Shown: positions 50,736-64,000 of the stretch, one piece after another
Layout of the letters: every line of letters begins with the position of its first letter
Position numbering within the stretch: position 1 is the stretch's first letter
Assembly (NCBI GenBank): GCA_965202585.1
Contig: OZ241832.1
Location: 33,666,001 to 33,730,000 of the forward strand
From: Thalia democratica
Lineage: Eukaryota
Length of the DNA: 64,000 bases
Reading direction: 5' to 3'
The notes under the pieces: generated by a model
Seen by the model: the letters and a program-made list of their open reading frames with translations, nothing else
Databases searched by the model: none
Told to the model about the DNA's origin: nothing
Program-made: the position numbers and the translations under genes

Positions 50736-51421
50736 GGCCATAGGGGGGGGGGGTCCAACATTTTTTTTTACAAAAATAAACTTTGGCTTTTATATGAAAG
50801 CTTTAATTACAAACTACAAGCCAGTTTTTAAAGATATCAAAAATATCATTTAACTTTTGAGATATTTAATTTTTTGTAAAAATTTTCCAATATAAACGTA
50901 TGGATCGCAAATTTTTTGGGGTCAATTTTCTTGGAAATTTTAAAATTTACTAAAAATCTATCTCCTCATTCATTTTTCAAGCAATCTTCTTCAAATTTTC
51001 AGGAAACATTCCTGATAATAAATGGAAAAAACTTACTTTATAATTTTAATAATATAAAAAAATAAATATTTTATCACAAATATTAAAAAAAAAAGTGTTT
51101 TTTTTTTCAAAAATAAATTTTACAAATTTTTTTTTTTATTTCAAAGTAACGTTTTTTGTTATTTTATAAAGATTAGACTGTGAAAGTTAGAAGAAGATTG
51201 CTAGAAAAATGTAGGAGGATATAGATTTTAAATGAAATATTCTTTTTTCTGTTTTAGTTTTCCCTTCCCATAGGGAACCTATTATGCAACCCGACTTTGA
51301 CTGGTCATATCTTAAAAAGTAATTTGAATTTTTTAAAACGATAAAAAGCATCTTAAAGCTTAGAAAAAACTCTTTAAAATAAGATAAACTTGTAAAAAAC
51401 ATGGTTTACCCCCCTATGAGC
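50736..51421. mobile_element. TTAA-flanked Kolobok-like MITE, copy 1
   Basis: TTAA|GGCCATAGGGGGG ... CCCCCCTATGAGC|TTAA. Purine-start termini with a TTAA duplication; the interior matches copy 2 in inverted orientation. Confidence 0.8.
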
Positions 51422-51692
51422 TTAATTTCAATCAATTTTGATATAATAGAATAGTTTACAGGGTACCTGATAAACTTAAAAATTAAAAACTAAAAAAAAG
51501 TACATATGGAAATATTTTGATGCTTTTTTTTCTTGTCTAATGGGGGACCATTTTTCTAATATATATACTACAATTTCTTAAAATATAAAATTATGTATTG
51601 TGTGATAGAAATGTATTTATACAACAATTTTTGTTCATAAACATGATCTATATTGATTTTAGATGCTAGTTTGATTTTTTTTTAGCCTTGAG

Positions 51693-51949
51693 CAGGGTTG
51701 CCACTTTACCTGGAAACCTGAAAAAACCATGAATTTTACAATTTAGGCTAAAAATCATAACTTTTTATTATTAAAAAACATATTTTTAGTGGTTGTACAG
51801 TATCTTTACTGTTTAACACAGTTTCTTACCTTAAACTTAAATAGACCCAAAAATTTGTGCTTATAAAAACTTGAAAATAGAAATTTGGAAAACCTTAAAA
51901 AAAGTTGAAAACCTTGAAAAAAAATTTAAAAAAACAAGTGGAAACCCTG
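51693..51949. mobile_element. hAT-like MITE
   Basis: TIRs CAGGGTTGCCACTT / AAGTGGAAACCCTG with subterminal gaaaacct(t)gaaaa repeats. No 8-bp TSD recognisable. Confidence 0.55.
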
Positions 51950-52540
51950 CTAGTGGCTAGATCTTCAGTGTTCTGTGAAATAACATTAAGTTTTTGTTTT
52001 AAATCTGAAATAAATGGTTATCATCATTTGGGTTTAAATTTAACTGTTAATTGAATTTGAAGTTAATAATAATATATACAAATTTTATAAGATAAGATTT
52101 AATTTACTCATTTGAAATTAAAATTTTTAAATAATATTTAATTAAAATGTCTTACGTTTTGCTCTTTTCTTACATTTATGAAGTTAACTAATATGGTTTC
52201 AACAAGTTGTACCCAAATTTAGATTTTTAATCCTAATTGATTATAATATTGAATCTATAAAAACATTATTTCTCCTAACTTTAGTGAACGTCTGTTGCAG
52301 AAGCATACAACCTTCCTTTTCATTATGAAGAAGAAAAGTGAACATAGCATAAAAGTATTTTGCTCTAAATTTTTTTTTTAAAGTATTTGGATTAAAAAAC
52401 TCAAGATGACTAAAGGCAGTATTTTGCCTTTCAGTACTGTTTTTTTTTTTGACTCAATGAGTGGCCACCCTGTAATCTACATTAACATCATCACATAGAC
52501 CACATTAAAAATGAAAAAGATAAAACAGTAGTTTATGAAT

Positions 52541-52720
52541 AACTTAAGTAGAAGTTCTGTTCACACCAGAACTTAAGTAAAAGTTCTGTTCACACCATAA
52601 CTTGAGTAAAAGTTCTGTTCACACCATAACTTAAGTAAAAGTTCTGTTCACACCATAACTTAAGTAGAAGTTCTGTTCACACCAGAACTTAAGTAAAAGT
52701 TCTGTTCACACCAGAACTTG
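52541..52720. repeat. Minisatellite, 29-bp unit x about 6.2
   Basis: Unit AACTTAAGTA(A/G)AAGTTCTGTTCACACCA(G/T), head-to-tail with no spacers. Confidence 0.95.
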
Positions 52721-53917
52721 AAATAAATACTTTTCTCATGCAAAATTTACTTCAGTTAAGGTCTAAATGTATATATGACTACACCAATTTTGACAAAGTT
52801 TTAAAACTCTCATGAAATATTTTTGAAAATAACTTAATAAAAAAATGTCAATAAAAAGTAATTTTAATATTCACTAAAATTTCTGTACACACTACTGGGC
52901 ACAATTTGAAGAACTTTAGCTTTAACCACACAACACAAACTGATTGAACAGTTTCAGATACCTATTTACATAAGTGCAATATTTGCATTTTTAGCTGAAA
53001 AAATTTTTACACTTGTAATGTACCACAAAAGCACCCTGTGCAAAACTCAAGAAACTTTCATTTATAGAAACTCATTTGAAGAAACTTTCTTGGCAGAATT
53101 TGATTTTATGAAAACACAATGCAAACTCTATGAGACCCAAAAAATTTGACCTAAAGGTTTTAGCTGAAATTTTTTAAAATATGGCACAAATTCACTTAGT
53201 GCACAATTATGAAACTTTAAAGACAATTTTATGGAGACAGTTTTTGAATTTTTGTAATTTTTCTTGATTTTTTTTTTTCAGAAAACAAAGAAGAAAAATA
53301 TCCATTACAAACCTATGGACTGCATTTCTTTTATTTACAATTTTCTTGAATACTAAAAATCTACCTTTTATTTTTTCAGAAAAAGTTGATCAAAGTTATT
53401 TTCAACATCATTTCAACATCAGAAAAAGTAAATCAAAGATTATAAGAGTATTATTTTTTTGCCATTTTAGTTTCCACCTTCCATATGGAACCTATAAATT
53501 TCTCAAATTTTGTTTGTTTATTCATCATAAATTACTTCAAATAATTGAAAGGTAGTAAAAAGTAACATGTAGCTTAAATATTTAACTGAAAAAATACAAA
53601 AAGATATTTTCTTCCCATGCCTTTATGAAGTATGTAATTTTGAAATATTGTAAGAGTTTATCTTAACTCTAACTTTTTACCACCTGACTGAACTTGAATA
53701 AAAGTGAGAAAGAAGTATTCAACATTAAATAAGAATTTATTAAAAGTCCAAACTAAAAAGGCAAAAAAAAATCTATTTTACTAAAAATCAATATTATCTT
53801 ATGGGTTTTAATAGATTATATCATTGATACATAACTTATTTTAAATGATTGCAGGAAAGTTATCTTGATTTAATTTAAACTTAAAATTTTTAAGCATTTA
53901 ATTTTATTATTTGTTAA

Positions 53918-54576
53918 GGGCATAGGGGGGGGGGGGCACCTTGATTTTTACAAGTAGATCTTATTTTGTAGAGTTTTATCTGAGCTATCAGACATTTTTA
54001 ACCGCTTAAAAAAATTCAAAGTATTTTTTAAGATGTGAGCAATCAAAATCAGTGACCTCAATAGGTTTCTAATGGAAGGCGCAAACTAGAAATGCAAAAA
54101 AGACCATTTAACTAAAAATCTATCTCCTCCTTCATTTTTTAAGCACTCTTCTTCAGATTTTTACAGAAAGTGTATTACTAAATTTTAAAGAGATTGAATG
54201 CAGAAATTTTTTAATTTTGAAAAAAAAACACTACCTATTTTTTTGTTTATTTTTATGTAAAATTTTTAATTTTTAATATTTTCAAAATTCCAACATTCAA
54301 AGTCTTCTAAATTACAAAAGGAACGTTTCCTGAAAGTTTGAGGTCTCTAGCTCAAAAAATGGAGGAGGAGATAGGTTTTTAGTGATTTTTTAAATTTCCG
54401 AGAAAATTGACCCCAAAAAAATTGCGGTCCATATGTTTGTATTGTAAACTTTTTATAAATATTTCAATATCTCAAAAGTTAAATAAGATTTTTCAATTCT
54501 ATAAAAACTGGCTTGTAGTTGGTACTTTAAGCTTTCATTTAAGATACAATGTTGGACCCCCCCTCCCCCTATGCCC
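53918..54576. mobile_element. TTAA-flanked Kolobok-like MITE, copy 2 (inverted relative to copy 1)
   Basis: TTAA|GGGCATAGGGGG ... CCCCCTATGCCC|TTAA. Its right end (aaaaactggcttgtagtt...agctttcat...atgttggacccccc) is the reverse complement of the left end of copy 1. Confidence 0.85.
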
Positions 54577-54767
54577 TTAAGTTCCTACATGTACAAGCAT
54601 TTAAGTTATAAAAGTAATATTATTAAAGTTCTCTAGCTCAATAAACAATAAATCAGTTAAAAATTTTAAACTTTCAACTAAATTGATAATAGAAATTCTG
54701 TGGACCATAAGTTTTATCATCAAGTTTTTACAAAGCTGACCACATTTTATTTTTTAATTTCTATTAA

Positions 54768-55417
54768 GGGGGGGGGAATAACCTTTTTCACAATTTTATC
54801 TTATTTTATATAGTTTATACTAAGCTACAAGATGCTTTTTATAAATTTTGAAAATTCAAAATAATTTTTGATATATAGCTGGTCAAAGTCAGAGTTAATA
54901 ATTAAAGTTAAATATCAGAGGCAACAATAGGTTCCTTACAGGAAACAACCAAAACTGCAAACATAGACTAATTCACTAGAAATATATCTTCTCCTACGTT
55001 TTTTGAGATAACTATCTGAAATTTTCAGGAAATGTTCTTTGCAATATTTAGAAAATTCTGTTGCAAGGAATTTTTAAAAAAGTAAAAAATAAAAATTCAT
55101 AAAAAAAAAAAAAAATTATTTGTTTTTTTTTTAAGTTTTTTTTATTTTATTTTTTTTAAATTTAGTTCCAATAGAATTTTCTACATATTGCAAGTAACAT
55201 TTCCTGAAAATTTGAGGTGTTTATCTCAAAAAACGTAAAACAAGATAGATTTTTGTGATTTCTAGTTATTTGTTGTCTTAGTTTGCGTCTCCCATAAGGA
55301 ACCTATTGTAGTCTCCAAACTATTATGACTTCAATCTGTAAAAAGTAACTTGTAGCTTAGTTAAAACTCAATTAGATAAGACTAAATTATGAAAAAGTAA
55401 TTAACTCCCCTATGCCC
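54768..55417. mobile_element. TTAA-flanked Kolobok-like MITE, copy 3 (more diverged)
   Basis: TTAA|GGGGGGGGG ... CTCCCCTATGCCC|TTAA. Internal inverted repeats (caataggttcctta / taaggaacctattg; ttttcaggaaatgtt / aacatttcctgaaaa) are shared with copies 1 and 2. Confidence 0.7.
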
Positions 55418-56798
55418 TTAAGTACATCTTATAAATATAATTAGTTTTTAACTCATTGTGAAGACTCTCTTAAATACAGAGTTTCCTTTATCTTAGTCTT
55501 TCTCATTAATTACAATTTTACAAAAAAAAAATTTGAAAGTTTTTGAAAAACATAAAAGACACCAGATTTTAAATGTTTGTCTTGAAGGACCATCTTGAAT
55601 TATATGTAAAATTGTATACAAATTTTTTTTGTCTTATATTAATAATTAAGTTGTGAGTGTACAAGCAAAACCATAAGAGTTCTAAACATGAATAAATTTT
55701 AGTAATAATATATGGTTTTCTTCTTTACAGTTTAATATAATACCATTCCAATTATCATTTGAAAAGGGCACATGAAATTGTAACGGACTGGCTTGTAAAG
55801 AAGTTTTTTAGCAAAATTGTATTAGATATCATATGCTTGAATATATTTAGCAATTGTGTATATTTCTCATTATTGTTTTGATAAAAATTTTTTTTACTAT
55901 AAGTGTTTTGATAATTAGTATTTAAAATTTAAGTTTTTTCAAGTTATCCATAATCAAAACAAATTTTTTGTTTGTCTAAGAATTAGTTACTTGGAAAATT
56001 TAGTTTTAATTGATACTTTATTATACTCAGTTTATGTCTATTACTATAGATCGCAGTAGTTTGAGCTCTTAGTATTAAATTTGTTAGTACTAAAAATCAA
56101 ATTCAACCTTTTTCAAATATCTAGAAGATCTTTATTAATTGTTCATCTACTAGAATGCTCTACTACTACTACTCTAACACTATTTATACAAGCACTTTTT
56201 ATTGTGTTTTTATTTATACTATAAACTAGATAAAATATTCAAAGAAGTTAGTAAAAGTATACAATAAGAAATATACAATAACTATTAGTCTGCTCTTTAA
56301 AGTCAAAGAAGAATGATAAGTAGCTAAGTTCAGTGGTTTTAGGTTAAAAAATCTGCACACTAGTTTAAGTAAATGAAAATTTTGTTAAAAATTAACACTA
56401 ATTTTATTTTGAAACTTAATAAATGAAAACTATGTAAACAGAAAAATTTAATTTAAGAATTTTACTATATATAATTTTATATTAATTTTCTACTCATAAA
56501 CTTCAGATAGAATTTTTGTTTAATTTTAAAATGATATTCTAAAAAGTTTGGATCTATCATTTTAAAAAAAGTTTTTATTAATTTAGTTAAATATAGTATA
56601 TAGTAGGATAGTGTGTAATTGTTAAAAAATTAAAATCAAAAATCACCAAAAAATTATTCAAAAGACAATAGAGTTTATGAATTAATTATTAAGTATAAGC
56701 AGTTTGACATTTGCATATTATACGAAAGTTCTGTATTCTGTAACAATACCATTGAATTTTTACAGATTTAAATTTAAAAGCAAAAATAACCAATAAAT

Positions 56799-57545
56799 AT
56801 GATTGAATGTAAGCAGTGTCAAACAACCAAAAGCTCAATCTGGCAAAAGAAAGAAATTGATGGTAAACTTGTTGGCTTTGTGTGTCAAAAATGCCACAAC
56901 AATACTCTTAAACAATTAAAGCAAGAACTTATTGAAAGTAGTACAAGTGAATTAAATAGTATTTCTAAATTTAGTAAAAAATCCAAGGCAGTCAAACGTA
57001 AGCTTAGCAAAGAAACATTATTGCCTTTCAAAAAAACTAAAAAGAAATTACAAAATGACCACCCTAAAAACAGTTTAAAAATAAGTACAGCAAATGACTA
57101 TTCACCTGAAACAAAACATATAATTAAAAAACAAGTTGAAATCCTTGAGAACAAATACAACACACTCAGAAGCGTACAACACAACAACATAAACTATGAG
57201 GTGGGTGACATAGTTTCTGTAGTTGATGAAGAGGATGAAGAAGAATATTTTGCTCAGTGCATCTCCTTCAGAGTTGATTCGTACCAACAGAAATCTGTGT
57301 GTTACCAATGGCTGTTTCCCGACCCTGCGACCTCATGGCAAAGAGAGCAAGGGTTCATTCCTAGCAATTTTAAAATTGGGCCCTCTGATAACCTATTTCA
57401 TCCAATTGAAGATATCCGGTTTGTGTGCTCTGCGCCCACTAATTATTTTATTCCATCTACGTACTATGTTAATAGTGAGAGAGATGACAACCGTTCTTTT
57501 ATTCACCACAGAGATTACAGTCATCAAGTGAATATCAGGTCATAA
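56799..57545 (+). CDS. GATAD1: GATA zinc finger domain-containing protein 1 (248 aa, single coding exon)
   Basis: N-terminal C-X2-C-X21-C-X2-C finger (CKQCQTTKSSIWQK...CQKC) and C-terminal YEVGDIVSVVDEED..YFAQ..F..DSYQQKS..QWLFP...F.P..F.IGP...FVCSAPTNYF, which matches the remembered GATAD1 C-terminal domain. Confidence 0.88.
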   Translation: MIECKQCQTTKSSIWQKKEIDGKLVGFVCQKCHNNTLKQLKQELIESSTSELNSISKFSKKSKAVKRKLSKETLLPFKKTKKKLQNDHPKNSLKISTANDYSPETKHIIKKQVEILENKYNTLRSVQHNNINYEVGDIVSVVDEEDEEEYFAQCISFRVDSYQQKSVCYQWLFPDPATSWQREQGFIPSNFKIGPSDNLFHPIEDIRFVCSAPTNYFIPSTYYVNSERDDNRSFIHHRDYSHQVNIRS

Positions 57546-58262
57546 TAGTATCAGTTTCATAATTAAAAACTAAAATATTTTGTACTTTCAATATTTTGAG
57601 TAAGCTAAATATGATAATAAAAAGTTAACTGCTTCAATTCCAACTATTTGTTTTAAAATATTAAGTTCTTAATTATACATATCTAATAATAATATTTTAA
57701 AAAGTAATATTGTTAAGATTTATGTAATGTTCATTTAATAACAATAAAGTTTGTTTTTAAAAAATTTACATGTTTTGTCATTTATTTATCTATTTCACCT
57801 CTTTTTAGAAGTTTTAGAAAAACCTTACATTTATAACTGAAAGCTGTGATTTATTTTAAATTTATGATCATTAAATTTTACTGTAGTTTTTAAACAGTTC
57901 TTTTATGTTTGAACAATGTTGAATGCACATTTACTTAACATACTTTTTATAGCATATCAAAGTTTGAAGCCAACAGTTCTCATTTACTATCATTTAAAGT
58001 AAAGTTTTAAAATTTAGAAAGTTACATGACCAATTACAATTGTTATGACTAAAAAAAAATTAAACCAGAGGTTTTGGCTTAGATAAAACTTAAAACAGGT
58101 ATATAACTTGTTTTTATTTTAACTAAAACTACACATTTGAAAACATTTTGATAAATTTACAAACAAGCAACAAATTCTTATTTGCAATCTTCTATTTGTT
58201 TGAACATTTTTTTCGTTCGTAACTCCTGTTTGATAACAACTTTTTTTATAGTCTCTATTTAA

Positions 58263-61584
<3,322 letters not shown>

Positions 61585-64000
61585 ATTTTTTTAATTTTTT
61601 TCAATGTAGGTAATTTGACGCCAAATTTTTCATTGCTCGTAGGAAGTTTTAAATTGAGTAATTTCAAATTTTAAGTTAACGTGCCCATCGTCTTTATAAA
61701 GAAGCTTAGTAAAATTGTTAGTACAAATTATTGATTGTTGAATAAATATTTTTTTTTCACTGTTTAGATTATTGTTTAACTAGTTTTGTTAGATGTATTT
61801 ACTTTTTTTAAAATAATTAGAATAAATAAAATTGACAAAAAAAAGTCTGTTATTTACAAGTTTGAGTAGTTGAAAATTTGTAACTTTATTGATTTGATTT
61901 ACTGAAAGAAAATAGTGAAACTAATACTTGACGAAAATTTATTGACATTAAACAATAACTCTTCATCTGTATAAAATTTATAAAATCAAACTTAATAGCA
62001 AAAGTTTCTCCTGATTTTTAAGATTAAAAGCTTTAAATAAATTTATACAAAGCATTAAAAATAATATACTAAACAATTTCTGCTTACACGTTTTTATTAG
62101 CATAACGCGTGAAATATTTAAAAATAATTAAATGTTTCATATACTAGGAATTATTAGACTTCAGAAAATTAGAGAAATTACTTATACAAAAATAAGATGG
62201 TTTTGAGTATACTTGCTAGAAATAACAGCTTTTACAGCAGTGCTACCAAACGTGTGTTTATTTGTTTGTTTTGTTAAAAACTTAAACTGTTATTCTTCCT
62301 TGATAAACTAGTAGTAATAACATATTCATAACAGAGTTTTACTGATAAATGCTTGTTTTAAAATGGTAGCCATTTTGTAAATATTTTGGAGTAAGTCCTG
62401 AAAATTTTAATATTATTATATATATTTAAAGATTCATTAATAAAATTTTATTCTAAAAATATTCTGTTTTAGCGCATCTCAAGGAGCTGTTGTTTAGTAA
62501 ACCGTTTTACTGATAAAATAAATCTTTAAAAATAGAATTTAGTTGCCAAGCCAATAAGTTATAATATAGATTAGCCAAATTTATTTAATTTAAAATTGGT
62601 TGTAGAACTTTTATTTTTGATTGACTAAGTCCATTAACTAAAATATTTTTTATACTATGATCCGACTAAAGCCTTGACAATGTAGATCAATTATCATTGT
62701 ACAGACCTCTAATACTGATGGTTTGTGTCTTTATCTTTACAAGGACATTTGTTTAAAATTATTTTTTATACTAAAAAAAGAATCTAGTCCTACCCAATTG
62801 ATAAGATATAAAATTTTGCTGATATTTAATAGATACAGTTAAGTTTAACAAAAAACACCCTTCTAAGTGAAGTGCATAATAATAAATACTTTTCTAAATT
62901 TTAAATCGTAAAAGTGTTAAAAAGGAGCATTTCTTAGTATTTTGTATGAAATAATTTCATTTATTAGAGCTATGAAAAATGTTTGACTAATAGTTTCTAA
63001 TGGACGCGATTTTAACAAGTTCAATCTGTCAGAATGATGTTAGATGGATGAGAAAAGTTTAATAAACGTTAAAAGACTAATCTTCACAAGGAAACTAGTC
63101 TTTTATTGTAAATTGCACATGAATAATCTCTAATTACTCGGCTTCAACAAAGCTTTACTGAAAAGAATTTATTACCAGTTCAAAATTACAAAGGTAAAAA
63201 GTGGGTTTGCCGTAAAAAATCTATTGCTCTAATTTTATTATTATTTATTTAAAACTTCGAACCAAGTAGCACTGGAAAGAAATGATAAGTAGATATAAAT
63301 GAAAATTTAATTATAAAAACTTATTGTACCAAGAGTATTTAAAAATAGTTATTTGAAACTTTCTGGTTTTTCTTAGTTTTTACAAATTTACTTAAGGTAA
63401 CTCAAATATATGTTTCTCCTATTAACTTTATTTACAGAAAATTTGTCTTACTTATCAAAAAAGTTGCGTGGAAAATGCTAAATCTTATTTTATTACATGA
63501 ATTATCTCTTGTAACCTTTTAACAACTTTTATGTAAGTTTTTAACATAGAGATTTAACTTAAGCTATTTTTCAAAAAGATATGAAATTTAAGGTTATGAA
63601 TAAAAAAATATATAGTGTATACTGAATTAAAAAAATAAAACATTCTAATGGTGAATGTCGTCAGTATATATAGGTGCATTCTTAATAACGCTTAACATAA
63701 TGTTTTTTGGAATTGCTGATAGTAATTGTACCCATCAGAAACTTTAATATTTTCCCAAAGACTTTAGTAGATATAGTTTATCATTTTATTGATGTAACTT
63801 AAGTACTTCTCGGCTTGTTATACTGCAAAAACTAAATTTAACACCCTAGTTTGACGTAATTCAAGGCGATAAAGTATGTTTTAGTTAAAATCTTGTTTTT
63901 TAAAAATATATAAACAAAAGCGCTTAAGTATGATCAAAAACTTGATGTATAAAATGGTTATTGGTCATGGAACTTAAAGTTGAAATAAATTAAATTTGAC

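Noticed and set aside
51457-52474. Possible Tc1/mariner relic (TA-CAGGGT ... GTGGCCACCCTG-TA) enclosing the hAT-like MITE
   Set aside because: Only about 6 bp of TIR match and no transposase trace; not enough to call.
52541-52720. CRISPR-like array (29-bp repeats; also the 146-bp array)
   Set aside because: Units are contiguous with no unique spacers, there are no cas genes, and the context is eukaryotic.

Overview
Eukaryotic (invertebrate animal) genomic DNA: very AT-rich non-coding sequence, spliceosomal GT-AG introns, and about a dozen CpG-rich non-coding islands. A tunicate-like origin is a guess, not shown by the sequence. Four cellular genes can be assembled by hand. Two are paralogous, convergently oriented, 3-coding-exon 7TM class A GPCR-like genes (11221-12793 +; 40196-42123 -). 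Both have signal peptides, identical intron positions, eroded DRY/NPxxY motifs and an acidic Tyr/Ser-Gly-rich second extracellular loop. The other two are an intronless GATAD1 (56799-57545 +) and a 5-exon PRMT1 (58272-61584 +). The standout is a very young, pol-less LTR retrotransposon (16042-20446: 556-bp LTRs, 4-bp TSD, PBS, PPT). Its single ORF fuses a Gypsy-type Gag capsid to an animal Y-box cold-shock domain where the nucleocapsid zinc knuckle has decayed. Also present: three TTAA-flanked Kolobok-like MITEs, a foldback MITE, a hAT-like MITE, a dead Kelch-repeat fragment, a CpG-depleted domain at 49-57 kb, and a 146-bp tandem array that quadruplicates a PRMT1 splice donor. All alignments and counts were done by eye and from remembered family consensus; no database search was run.
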